Assembly (NCBI GenBank): GCA_965248835.1
Contig: CBDFLJ010000001.1
Coordinates: 640,001 to 704,000, forward strand
Length of the DNA stretch: 64,000 nt
Origin: Alphaproteobacteria bacterium
Lineage (GTDB): Bacteria > Pseudomonadota > Alphaproteobacteria > MPNO01
Direction of reading: 5' to 3'
The notes below the pieces were generated by a model. The model was not told the DNA's origin. It was given only the letters and a program-made list of their open reading frames with translations, and did not search any database. The number at the start of each line of letters is the position of its first letter. Within the stretch, counting starts at the first letter, position 1. Shown here piece after piece: positions 11,281 to 20,572 of the stretch. The translations under genes were made by a program, and so were the position numbers.

Positions 11281-12213
11281 TCAGCCCGCAGCGCGTTGAG
11301 CGACCACCGCACCCGCCAGAATCACCCATCCGAACAGGCGGTTGGAGCGGAACTTGGCGAGGCAGTCCTTGGGAGAGTCGATGTCGACATCGGCGACTTG
11401 CCAGACGAGCTGGGCCGCGCCGATTGCGAGACCGGCGAAGAACGGCCAAGCCATGCCGGCCTGCTGTCCGGCGGCGGCGAACAGGCAGACCGCGGCGATA
11501 TAGAAGGTCATCAGCCACGGCTTGCTGCCCAGCCCGAGCGCCCTGGCCGAAGATTTGACGCCGGCGCCGACGTCATCGCGCCGGTCCTGGTGGGCATAGA
11601 TCGTGTCGTAGCCCAGCGTCCAGAAGATCCCGCCGACATAGAGCAGGACCGGGGCCCAGCCGAAATCGCCGCGCACCGCCGCCCAGCCGAGCAACGCGCC
11701 CCAGTTGAAGGTCAGCCCGAGGACGAATTGCGGCCAGAACGTCACCCGCTTCATCAGCGGATAGGTGAACACCAGAACCAGCGAGGCCAAGCCGACGAGG
11801 ATGGCAAAGCCGTTCAGCGACAGCAGGATCGCCAGACCCAACGCCAGCTGCGCCGCGAGGAAGACCGCCGCCGCGGCCACCGAGACCTCGCCGCTGGGCA
11901 GCGGCCGGTCGCGGGTACGCTCGACCCGGGCATCGAAATCCTTGTCGCAGATGTCGTTATAGGTGCAGCCTGCGCCCCGCATGACCAGCGCGCCGATGCC
12001 GAACAGGGCGAACAGCCAAAGGCTCGCCGGCGACAGCGGATCGGGCGAGGCCAGCGCGATCGACCACCAGCACGGGAACAGCAGCAGCCAGGTGCCGATC
12101 GGTCGGTCGAGCCGCGCCAACCTGGCGTAGGGGCGCAGCGCGCGCGGCACCAGCCGGTCGACCCAGCCGCCGCGCGGGATGTCGCTCGCCGATGTTTCGC
12201 CCAACCCCGACAT
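11281..12213 (-). CDS. ubiA: 4-hydroxybenzoate polyprenyltransferase
   Basis: RLDRPIGTWLLLFP, GCTYNDICDKDFDARVERTRDRPL, YPLMKR, YDTIYAHQD. Confidence 0.95.
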   Translation of the reverse strand: MSGLGETSASDIPRGGWVDRLVPRALRPYARLARLDRPIGTWLLLFPCWWSIALASPDPLSPASLWLFALFGIGALVMRGAGCTYNDICDKDFDARVERTRDRPLPSGEVSVAAAAVFLAAQLALGLAILLSLNGFAILVGLASLVLVFTYPLMKRVTFWPQFVLGLTFNWGALLGWAAVRGDFGWAPVLLYVGGIFWTLGYDTIYAHQDRRDDVGAGVKSSARALGLGSKPWLMTFYIAAVCLFAAAGQQAGMAWPFFAGLAIGAAQLVWQVADVDIDSPKDCLAKFRSNRLFGWVILAGAVVAQRAAG

Positions 12214-12324
12214 CGAAGCCCGACATTGCCCTTTGGCGCCTGCCCGACTATATCCGGCTCGGTCCTCCGAGACGACCATGTCCCGGGGCGGCCCGCGCAG
12301 GCGCCAAGGGAACAGAAACCGCCG

Positions 12325-13089
12325 ATGTCCAAAGTCCGGCTTCACCTGGATGAGACACTGACGCCGGAGGGCATCGTCGATGTCGGCCCCGACCGCGCGC
12401 ACTACCTCGGCGCGGTGCTGCGGATGGGCCGCGGCGACGCGTTGGCGGTCTTCAACGCGGCCGACGGCGAATTCGCTGCGGTGATCGAGGAGATCGGCAA
12501 GCGGCGATGCACGGTTCGGCTGCACGCGCGGCAGCGCATGCCGGCGCCGGAGCCCGATCTGTGGCTGGTGTTTGCGCCGATCAAGCGGGCGCGGATCGAT
12601 TTCCTGGCCGGCAAGGCCGCCGAGCTCGGCGCCTCGGCGCTGTGGCCGGTCACCACCGCGCGGACCAACGTCGCGCGCGTGAGCCGCGAACGGCTGCGTG
12701 CCAACGCCGTGGAGGCGGCCGAGCAGTGCGGCCGCTTGAGCGTGCCGGAGGTCTTCGCGCCGGCCTCGCTGGAGACCGCCTTGGCGGGCTGGCCCGACGG
12801 CCGGCGCCTCTACTGGTGCGACGAGACGGGCGGCGGCCGCGCGGCTGCGCGCGTGTTCGGCCAGGGCGTGCGCGGCCCGGCAGCGGTCCTGGTCGGGCCG
12901 GAGGGCGGCTTCGTCGATCAGGAACGTGCGCGGCTGCGGGCGCACCGTTGCGTCACCGCGATCGATCTCGGCCCCCGCCTCATGCGTGCGGAGACGGCGG
13001 CGTTTGCCGCCTTGGCGTGCTGGCAGGCTATCCTCGGCGACTGGGCGGGCGATACCGGCACCGCCGGTGCCGCGGTCGGCCTGCGCTAG
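12325..13089 (+). CDS. rsmE: 16S rRNA m3U1498 methyltransferase
   Basis: HYLGAVLRM, KAAELG, EAAEQCGR, VGPEGGF, LGPRLMRAETA. Confidence 0.94.
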   Translation: MSKVRLHLDETLTPEGIVDVGPDRAHYLGAVLRMGRGDALAVFNAADGEFAAVIEEIGKRRCTVRLHARQRMPAPEPDLWLVFAPIKRARIDFLAGKAAELGASALWPVTTARTNVARVSRERLRANAVEAAEQCGRLSVPEVFAPASLETALAGWPDGRRLYWCDETGGGRAAARVFGQGVRGPAAVLVGPEGGFVDQERARLRAHRCVTAIDLGPRLMRAETAAFAALACWQAILGDWAGDTGTAGAAVGLR

Positions 13090-13108
13090 CGCGGAGGGAA
13101 TCCAGAGT

Positions 13109-14473
13109 ATGGCCGCGCCGCCATCCGCCGAGGGAGCCCCGATCGAAAACCGCCGCCAGTTGATCGAATACCTCGATTCCGGCTGCAAGCCCGCCGCCGA
13201 CTGGCGCATCGGCACCGAGCATGAGAAGTTCGTCTTTCATGCGCAGACCCTTGCGCCCGCGCCCTACGAGGGGCCTTGGGGGATCGGCGCGTTTCTCGAC
13301 GGTCTGACCCGGTTCGGCTGGCAGCCGGTCACCGAGAACGGCAATACGATCGCGCTGACCAAGGGCGACTGCAACGTCTCGCTCGAGCCGGGCGGCCAAC
13401 TCGAGCTGTCCGGCGCCCCGCTCGAGACCATCCACCAGACATGTGACGAGGTCCACACCCACCTCGCCGAGGTCAAGGAAGTCGCCGGCGAGCTCGGCGT
13501 CGGCCTGTTCGGGATGGGCTTCCATCCCAAATGGAAGCGCGAGGACATGCCGTGGATGCCCAAGGGCCGCTACCGCATCATGCGCGAATACATGCCGGGC
13601 AAGGGGGCGCTCGGGCTCGACATGATGGTCCGGACCTGTACGGTGCAGGTGAACCTCGACTTCGCCTCCGAGGCCGACATGGTCAAGAAGTACCGCGTCG
13701 GCATCGCGCTCCAGCCGGTCGCGACCGCGCTGTTCGCCGACTCGCCGTTCGTCGAGGGAGAGCCGAGCGGATACTACTCCTTCCGCAGCCACGTCTGGGA
13801 AGACACCGATCCCGATCGGTGCGGCATCCTGCCGTTCGTCTTCGAGGACGGCATGGGCTTCGAGCGCTATGTCGACTATGTGCTCGATGTGCCGATGTAT
13901 TTCGTCTACCGCAACGGCGAGTATCTCGACGCCTCGGGCCTGTCGTTCCGCGACTTCCTCGACGGCCGGCTGCCGATCCTGCCGGGTGAGCTCCCGACGA
14001 TGTCCGATTGGACGGACCACATGACGACGCTCTTCCCCGAGGTGCGGCTGAAGCGATTCATCGAGATGCGCGGCGCGGACGGCGGGCCGTGGCGCCGGCT
14101 GTGCGCGCTGCCGGCGCTGTGGGTCGGGCTGCTCTATGACGGCGCGGCGCTCGATGCGGCCTATGAGATGATCAGCGACTGGACGATCGAGGAGCACCAG
14201 ATGCTGCGCAGCCAGACACCGCTGAAGGCGCTGCATACGCCGTTCCGCGGCCGGACCCTGCGCGAGGTCGCCGGCGAGGTGCTTCAGATCGCCCACGCGG
14301 GGCTGCGCGCCCGCGCCAGACTCGACCGGGTCGGCGACAACGAGACCGGCTTCCTCGGCGCGCTCGATGAGATCGTCCGCCGCGGCCATTGTCCGGCCGA
14401 GCTCAAGCTCGAGCGCTACCACAACGCCTGGAACCGCAACATCGACCCGCTGTTCGGCGAGTTCGCCTACTAG
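13109..14473 (+). CDS. gshA: glutamate--cysteine ligase (plant/alphaproteobacterial type)
   Basis: WRIGTEHEKF, SLEPGGQLELSGAP, MPKGRY, TCTVQVNLD, FPEVRLKRFIEMRGAD. Confidence 0.96.
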   Translation: MAAPPSAEGAPIENRRQLIEYLDSGCKPAADWRIGTEHEKFVFHAQTLAPAPYEGPWGIGAFLDGLTRFGWQPVTENGNTIALTKGDCNVSLEPGGQLELSGAPLETIHQTCDEVHTHLAEVKEVAGELGVGLFGMGFHPKWKREDMPWMPKGRYRIMREYMPGKGALGLDMMVRTCTVQVNLDFASEADMVKKYRVGIALQPVATALFADSPFVEGEPSGYYSFRSHVWEDTDPDRCGILPFVFEDGMGFERYVDYVLDVPMYFVYRNGEYLDASGLSFRDFLDGRLPILPGELPTMSDWTDHMTTLFPEVRLKRFIEMRGADGGPWRRLCALPALWVGLLYDGAALDAAYEMISDWTIEEHQMLRSQTPLKALHTPFRGRTLREVAGEVLQIAHAGLRARARLDRVGDNETGFLGALDEIVRRGHCPAELKLERYHNAWNRNIDPLFGEFAY

Positions 14474-14516
14474 GGCCTGTCCGAACGCGTTGGACCGGGT
14501 CGGACCCGCGGCGGCT

Positions 14517-15950
14517 TCAGGCCGCCGTCCCGCCGACCGTCAAGTTGTCGATCAACAGCGTCGGCTGACCGACGCCCACCGGCACCCCCTGGCCGTCCTT
14601 GCCGCAGGTTCCGACTCCGGGATCGAGCGTCATGTCGTCGCCGATCATCCGAACCCGGGTCAGCACGTCGGGCCCGTTGCCGATCAGGGTCGCGCCCTTG
14701 ACCGGCGCGCCGATCCGGCCGTCCTCGATCAAATAGGCCTCCGAGGCGGTAAACACGAACTTGCCGGACGTGATGTCGACCTGGCCGCCGCCGAAATTGA
14801 CCGCGTACAACCCCTTTGGCACCGCGGCGATGATCTCCTCGCTGCTGCGCTCGCCGGACAGCATGTAGGTGTTGGTCATTCGCGGCATCGGTGCGTGGGC
14901 GAAGCTCTCCCGCCGGCCGTTGCCGGTTGGCGCCAGGCCCATCAGCCGGGCGTTCAGCCGGTCCTGCATGTAACCGGTCAGGATGCCGTCCTCGATCAGC
15001 GTCGTGTGCTGGCTCGGCGTGCCCTCGTCGTCGATGCTGAGCGAGCCGCGCCGGCCGGCGATGGTGCCGTCATCGACGACGGTGACGCCGGGCGAGGCGA
15101 TCCGTTCGCCCATCAGGCCGGCGAAGGCCGAGGTCTTCTTGCGGTTGAAATCGCCTTCCAGCCCGTGGCCGATCGCTTCGTGCAGCAGGACGCCGGGCCA
15201 TCCGGGCCCCAGTACCACCGGCATTTCCCCGGCCGGCGCCGGGACCGATTCGAGGTTCACCAGCGCCTGGCGCAGCGCCTCCTCGACCTGCGCCTTCCAG
15301 GCGTCCTCGGCCATGTAGGGACCATAGGCGGTCCGGCCGCCGGTGCCATGGCTGCCGGTCTCCATCCGACCGCCGTCGGCGACCACGATGGAGACGTTGA
15401 ACCGGACCAGAGGACGGATGTCGGCCGCCCGCCTGCCGTCGGCGCGGATGATCTGGATCGCCTGCCATTCGCCGGCGATCGAGGCGACCACCTGGGCGAC
15501 CCGGGCGTCGCGGCCGCGGGCGTAGGCATCGATGTCCTGCAGCAGCTTGACCTTCGCCTCGAAGGAGATCTCGCCCAGCGGGTTGTCCTCGGCGTAGAGC
15601 GCGGTGTTGGTCGCGGCCGGGCCTTCGGCGGCGATTCCGCCGCGGCCGGCCCGCACCGCCTTGACGGTCTGCGCGGCACGCCCGATCGCGGCCTCGGAGA
15701 TCTCCGCGGCATGGGCGTAGCCGGTGGTCTCGCCCGCGACCGCGCGCAGCCCGAAGCCCTGGCTGGTGTCGAACGAGGCAGTCTTCAGCCTGCCATCGTC
15801 GAAGGCCAAGCCCTCCGATTGGCGGTATTCGATGAACAGCTCGCCGTCATCGGTTCCGGCCAGCGCATCGGCAAGCGTTCGCTCGACCCGGGCGCGGTCG
15901 AGCCCGGTGCGGCTGAAGAACAGCTCGTCCGTCGTTGCCAGATCGGCCAT
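14517..15950 (-). CDS. tldD: metalloprotease TldD
   Basis: GWPGVLLHEAIGHGLEGDFNRK, GNGRRESF, PRMTNTY, CGKDGQGVPVGVGQPT. Confidence 0.96.
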   Translation of the reverse strand: MADLATTDELFFSRTGLDRARVERTLADALAGTDDGELFIEYRQSEGLAFDDGRLKTASFDTSQGFGLRAVAGETTGYAHAAEISEAAIGRAAQTVKAVRAGRGGIAAEGPAATNTALYAEDNPLGEISFEAKVKLLQDIDAYARGRDARVAQVVASIAGEWQAIQIIRADGRRAADIRPLVRFNVSIVVADGGRMETGSHGTGGRTAYGPYMAEDAWKAQVEEALRQALVNLESVPAPAGEMPVVLGPGWPGVLLHEAIGHGLEGDFNRKKTSAFAGLMGERIASPGVTVVDDGTIAGRRGSLSIDDEGTPSQHTTLIEDGILTGYMQDRLNARLMGLAPTGNGRRESFAHAPMPRMTNTYMLSGERSSEEIIAAVPKGLYAVNFGGGQVDITSGKFVFTASEAYLIEDGRIGAPVKGATLIGNGPDVLTRVRMIGDDMTLDPGVGTCGKDGQGVPVGVGQPTLLIDNLTVGGTAA

Positions 15951-16091
15951 ATCGGTTTCCTTCGCAATGGCGCACCCGCCTCTATATGGACCCGGCCGGC
16001 TTCGGTGTCACCCTTTGACCGGCCAGGCGTGCCCCGCCGCATACCTTGTTTTTGACGATCGCGGTGTGTATCAATCGCGCGGCTTCGGCCG

Positions 16092-16274
16092 ATGCGCGGT
16101 AACCTCGGAGCGGCCGAGCGCGGGTCGGACGGCATCGGCGGCAGCCCTCTGGACGACAGCAGGTCGATTCCGATGCCTGTCAGCAACGGCAACTTCGCCT
16201 CCGACAGCACGATGACCGATCCGGTTGATCCGGCGGCCGCGAGCCGCCAAGACGACCGGGGGACAGGGCCATGA
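16092..16274 (+). pseudogene. 60-aa ORF at the usual coxB position, possible deletion remnant
   Basis: Stop overlaps the coxA start (ATGA at 16271-16274); no CuA motif and no TM helices. Confidence 0.3.
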
Positions 16275-17863
16275 GCGACGCAGCGGCGCCGCACTTCGGG
16301 CGCCACGAGGACCATCCCAGGGGCTGGCGGCGGTGGGTCTTCTCGACCAGCCACAAGGACATCGGCACGATGTATCTCGTGTTCGCGGTGTTCGCCGGGC
16401 TGATCGGCGGCGCGATGTCGATCGTCTTCCGCATGGAGCTCGCCGGCCCCGAATCCGAGGTTCTGGGCGGCGACCACCACCTGTTCAGCGTGCTGATCAC
16501 CGCCCACGGGCTGATCATGGTCTTCTTCATGGTAATGCCGGCGATCATCGGCGGGTTCGGCAACTGGATCGTGCCGCTGATGATCGGGGCGCCCGATATG
16601 GCGTTCCCGCGGATGAACATCATCAGCTTCTGGCTCCTGGTGCCGTCCTTCATCCTGCTGCTGGCCTCGCCGTTCTTCGGCGGCCTCGGGGACGGCTGGA
16701 CGACCGACCCGCGGCTCGGCGCCGATACCGGCCCGCCCGGGCCCGCGGTGGAGCTGGCGATCTTCAGCCTGCATCTGGCCGGCGCGTCCTCCATCCTGGT
16801 TGCGGTGAATTTCATCACCACCATCTTCAACATGCGCGCACCGGGCATGCGGCTGCACATGATGCCGCTGTTCGTGTGGTCGATTCTGGTGACCGCCTTT
16901 CTGCTGCTGCTGTCGCTGCCGGTGCTCGCCGGCGGGATCACCATGCTGCTGACCGACCGCAATTTCGGCACGACCTTCCTCGAGGCGGCGGGCGGCGGCG
17001 ATCCGATCCTGTTCCAGGACCTGTTCTGGTTCTTCGGCCACCCCGAGGTCTACATCCTGATCCTGCCCGGCTTCGGCATGATCAGCCAGATCGTGGCGAC
17101 CTTCTCCAGGAAGCCGGTTTTCGGCTATCTCGGCATGGCCTATGCCATGGTGGCGATCGGATTCGTCGGTTTCGTCGTCTGGGCCCACCACATCTACACC
17201 GTAGGCCTGGACGTCGACACCGAGACCTATTTCACCCTGGCGAGCCTGGTCATCGCGCTGCCGACGGGGTTGAAGATCCTCTCCTGGATCGCGACCATGT
17301 GGCGCGGCTCGGTCCGGTTCGACACGCCCATGCTGTGGGCGGTCGGGTTCATCTTCCTGTTCACCGTCGGCGGGGTGATCGGCGTCGTCCTGGCCAACGC
17401 CGGCATGGACCGGCCGCTGCAGGACAGCTATTCCGTCGTCGCCCACTTCCACTACGTCCTGTCGATGGGCGCGGTGTTCGCGATCTTCGGCGGGTTCTAT
17501 TACTGGCTGCCCAAGATGTGCGGGCGGCGCTACTCCGAAGCGCTGGGCAAGCTCCATTTCTGGCTGATGTTCCTCGGCGTGAACCTGACCTTCCTGCCGC
17601 AGCATGTCCTGGGCCTGGCGGGCATGCCGCGGCGAATCCCGGACCATGCCGAGGCCGTCGCCTTGTGGAGCCAGATTTCCGCGCTCGGCTCTTGGATCTC
17701 GGCGCTCGGCGTGCTGGTCTTCCTGTGGATGTGCCTGAAGACCCTCACCGCGGGCGAGCGCGTGACGGAGAACCCGTGGGGCGAGGGGGCGAGGACGCTC
17801 GAATGGTCGCTGAGCTCCCCGCCGCCCTTCCGCGGCTACGACGATCTGCCGCAGACACGATGA
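16271..17863 (+). CDS. ctaD: cytochrome c oxidase subunit I (A1-type), divergent
   Basis: [44 protein letters not shown]; many P-side substitutions (see findings). Confidence 0.95.
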   Translation: MSDAAAPHFGRHEDHPRGWRRWVFSTSHKDIGTMYLVFAVFAGLIGGAMSIVFRMELAGPESEVLGGDHHLFSVLITAHGLIMVFFMVMPAIIGGFGNWIVPLMIGAPDMAFPRMNIISFWLLVPSFILLLASPFFGGLGDGWTTDPRLGADTGPPGPAVELAIFSLHLAGASSILVAVNFITTIFNMRAPGMRLHMMPLFVWSILVTAFLLLLSLPVLAGGITMLLTDRNFGTTFLEAAGGGDPILFQDLFWFFGHPEVYILILPGFGMISQIVATFSRKPVFGYLGMAYAMVAIGFVGFVVWAHHIYTVGLDVDTETYFTLASLVIALPTGLKILSWIATMWRGSVRFDTPMLWAVGFIFLFTVGGVIGVVLANAGMDRPLQDSYSVVAHFHYVLSMGAVFAIFGGFYYWLPKMCGRRYSEALGKLHFWLMFLGVNLTFLPQHVLGLAGMPRRIPDHAEAVALWSQISALGSWISALGVLVFLWMCLKTLTAGERVTENPWGEGARTLEWSLSSPPPFRGYDDLPQTR

Positions 17864-17866
17864 GGG

Positions 17867-18805
17867 GTGGGAGGACCCGTCAGAGCCTTGGCCGATAGAC
17901 AGACCGGATTGACAGCCCCCCAAATCGCCCTCGCCGACGGGCCGCCGGTCGGCGACTTCGTTGCGCTGCTCAAGCCGCGGGTGATGTCGCTGGTCGTCTT
18001 CACCGCGGTGACCGGGCTGGTTCTGGCACCCGGCGACATGCACCCGGTGCTGGCGGTGATTGCGGTCCTGTGCATTGCGGTCGGGGCGGGTGCGGCCGGG
18101 GCGGTCAACATGTGGTACGAGCGCGACGTCGACGCGCTGATGACGCGGACTCGGGCGCGGCCGCTGCCGGCCGGGCGCATGAATCCCGGCACCGCGCTGG
18201 GCTTCGGGGTGATGCTTTCGGTCGGCTCGGTCAGCGTCATGGCGCTCGCCGCCAACTGGACCGCCGCCGCGCTGCTGTCGCTGACCATCGCCTTCTATGT
18301 CTTCGTCTACACGATCTGGCTCAAGCGGCGGACACCGCAGAACATCGTTATCGGCGGTGCCGCCGGCGCGGTGCCGCCGATGATCGGCTGGGCGGCGGTC
18401 ACCGGCGACATCGGGCTCGGCGGGATCGCGCTGTTCGCGCTGATCTTCATGTGGACGCCGCCGCATTTCTGGGCGCTGTCGCTCTACAAGTGCGGCGACT
18501 ACCAGGAGGCTGGCATCCCGATGATGCCGGTGGTCGCCGGCACGCGCGAGACCAAGCGCCAGATCCTGCTCTACACGCTGCTCCTGGTGCCGGTCTCGTT
18601 GTCGCCGTCCGTCCTGGGCATCGCCGGGCCGGTCTATGCCGGGATCGCCGCGGCGATGGGGCTGGTCTTCATCGGCCTCGCATGGCAGGTCTGGCGCGCG
18701 GCGGACGAAGCGCGGGCGCCCAGGCTGTTCGGTTTCTCGATCCTCTATCTGTTCGTCCTGTTCGCGACGATGCTGGCCGAACGGCTTCTCGCCGGTGTGT
18801 TCTAA
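17867..18805 (+). CDS. ctaB: protoheme IX farnesyltransferase (heme O synthase)
   Basis: LLKPRVMSLVVFT, NMWYERDVD.LM.RT..RPLPAG, LKRRTPQNIVIGG, WTPPHFWAL. Start uncertain. Confidence 0.95.
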   Translation: MGGPVRALADRQTGLTAPQIALADGPPVGDFVALLKPRVMSLVVFTAVTGLVLAPGDMHPVLAVIAVLCIAVGAGAAGAVNMWYERDVDALMTRTRARPLPAGRMNPGTALGFGVMLSVGSVSVMALAANWTAAALLSLTIAFYVFVYTIWLKRRTPQNIVIGGAAGAVPPMIGWAAVTGDIGLGGIALFALIFMWTPPHFWALSLYKCGDYQEAGIPMMPVVAGTRETKRQILLYTLLLVPVSLSPSVLGIAGPVYAGIAAAMGLVFIGLAWQVWRAADEARAPRLFGFSILYLFVLFATMLAERLLAGVF

Positions 18806-18809
18806 GCCG

Positions 18810-18938
18810 ATGCCGAGGCGCGCTTACAGCCAACGCCATCGGCGGCGGCGCGCCGGGAACCTCGCGCTGCTGGCGGTGCTGCTCGGGCTGGTGGGGCTGT
18901 TCTACGTCATGTCGATCGTGCGCATGGGCGGGGCCTGA
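18810..18938 (+). CDS. small membrane protein typically found after ctaB (CoxF-like), 42 aa
   Basis: MPRRAYSQRHRRRRAGNLALLAVLLGLVGLFYVMSIVRMGGA: Arg-rich stretch, N-x-A-L, TM ending FY..SIVRMG. Below the ORF-track cutoff. Confidence 0.75.
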   Translation: MPRRAYSQRHRRRRAGNLALLAVLLGLVGLFYVMSIVRMGGA

Positions 18939-18939
18939 G

Positions 18940-18993
18940 ATGCCGGCTTCCGGGCGCACGCCCGCACCGCGCGAGGGAAGGGCCGGGCGATGA
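18940..18993 (+). pseudogene. 17-aa mini-ORF, possible scar of a ctaG-coxC-surf1 deletion
   Basis: ATG 1 nt after the small-protein stop; its TGA overlaps the M32 start (ATGA); MPASGRTPAPREGRAGR*. Confidence 0.4.
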
Positions 18994-20492
18994 GACCCGA
19001 CGGTGCCTATGCCGCGCTCCAGGCACGGTTTGCCAGACTCGCAGCGCTGCGCGAAGCCGTCGGCTTGCTCCATTGGGACATGGCGGTGAACATGCCCAGC
19101 GGCGGTGCCGCGGCGCGTACCGACCAGCTCGCCGCACTCAAGCGCGTCTGCCACGAGATCCTGACCGAGGACGGCATGGCCGATCGCCTGGAGGCGGCCG
19201 CCGCCGAGGCCGCCGGGGATGCGTGGCGGTCGGCCAATGTCCGCGAGATGCGCCGTGCATGGATCCATGCCGCCGCCGTCGATGCCGATCTGGTCGAGGC
19301 GCGGTCCCGGGCCGAAGCCGCCTGCGAGATGGCTTGGCGCACCGCACGGGCCGACGACGACTTCGCGGCCGTAAGACCGCATCTGGAGACGGTGCTGGAC
19401 CTGGTCCGCCGCACCGGCGAGGCCAAGGCCACGGTGCTCGGATGCACGACCTTCGAGGCGCTGATGGATGCCTACGAGCCGGGTGCGAGGGCCGCGCGCA
19501 CCGATGCGCTGCTCGACGATCTGGCCGGCTTCCTGCCGGATTTCCTGGCCGAGGTGCTGGAGGCCCAGACCGCCCGCCCGAAGCCGCTTCCCCTGGACGG
19601 GCCGTTCCCGGTCGAAACCCAGCGCGCGCTCGCGTTGAAGCTCATGGAACGGCTCGGGTTCCGTTTCGACAACGGCCGGCTGGATGAAAGCCTGCACCCG
19701 TTCTGCGGCGGTGTGCCGGAGGATATCCGCATCACCACCCGCTACGATCCGGCCGATTTCACCCAGTCGGTCATGGCGGTGCTGCACGAGACCGGCCATG
19801 CGCTCTACGAGATGGGCCTGCCACCGGACTGGCGGCGCCAGCCGGTCGGCCGGGCGCGCGGCATGGCGATGCATGAGAGTCAATCGCTGATGATCGAGAT
19901 GCAAGCGTGCCGGTCGGCGGAGTTCATCGGTTTCCTGGCCCCCCTGGTGCGCGAGGCCTTCGCCGGATCCGGGCCGGCGTGGGAGGAATCGAATCTGCGC
20001 CGCCACTACCATCGGGTGGAACCCGGCCTTATCCGCGTCGACGCCGACGAGGTCACCTACCCGGCCCATGTCATCCTGCGCTACCGGCTTGAGCGGGCGA
20101 TGATCGCGGGCGAGATCGCCGTCGCCGATCTCCCCGAGGCGTGGTCCGAGGCCATGGAGCGGCTGCTCGGCATCCGCCCGCCGAACGACGCCCTCGGGTG
20201 CCTCCAGGACATCCACTGGTATGACGGCGCCTGGGGCTATTTCCCGACCTATACGATGGGTGCAATGGCCGCCGCCCAGCTCTTTGCCGCGGCCAGGGAC
20301 GCCGATCCAGGGATTCGGGATGCGATTGCGGCCGGAGATTTCGCGCCTTTGATGGACTGGCTCGGCGAGAACGTCCACCGCAGAGGCTCGCTGCTGCCCT
20401 CCAGCGATGCGATGCTCGAAGCCGCGACCGGCGCACCGCTGGGCACCGGGGCCTTCAAGCAGCACCTGCACGCCCGCTATCTGGCCCACTGA
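18990..20492 (+). CDS. carboxypeptidase, family M32
   Basis: LHWD, HPFCGG, DIRITTRY, HETGHALYE, HESQS, IRVDADEVTYP, GCLQDIHW. Confidence 0.95.
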   Translation: MRPDGAYAALQARFARLAALREAVGLLHWDMAVNMPSGGAAARTDQLAALKRVCHEILTEDGMADRLEAAAAEAAGDAWRSANVREMRRAWIHAAAVDADLVEARSRAEAACEMAWRTARADDDFAAVRPHLETVLDLVRRTGEAKATVLGCTTFEALMDAYEPGARAARTDALLDDLAGFLPDFLAEVLEAQTARPKPLPLDGPFPVETQRALALKLMERLGFRFDNGRLDESLHPFCGGVPEDIRITTRYDPADFTQSVMAVLHETGHALYEMGLPPDWRRQPVGRARGMAMHESQSLMIEMQACRSAEFIGFLAPLVREAFAGSGPAWEESNLRRHYHRVEPGLIRVDADEVTYPAHVILRYRLERAMIAGEIAVADLPEAWSEAMERLLGIRPPNDALGCLQDIHWYDGAWGYFPTYTMGAMAAAQLFAAARDADPGIRDAIAAGDFAPLMDWLGENVHRRGSLLPSSDAMLEAATGAPLGTGAFKQHLHARYLAH

Positions 20493-20572
20493 CCGCCGGG
20501 CGCCGCGCCGATATCCGTTGCTCCGCGGGCGGATTGAAGCCTATATGCGCGATTGACGCGAAAGGTCCAACG

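Noticed and set aside
10918-13215. Apparent long fusions (723-aa rsmE, 644-aa ubiA; likewise 673-aa M16, 668-aa Prx, 604-aa ispH)
   Set aside because: Artefacts of upstream start choice; the extensions overlap other real genes and family homology begins at internal starts.
15785-18466. 893-aa minus-strand ORF over coxA/ctaB
   Set aside because: Antisense shadow with Arg/Gly/His-rich nonsense composition; the plus strand carries the recognisable genes.
20515-20548. RpoH-like TTG...CCTATAT upstream of thrC, with similar patches before tldD and the peroxiredoxin
   Set aside because: Spacing and -35 matches are too loose to support without TSS data.
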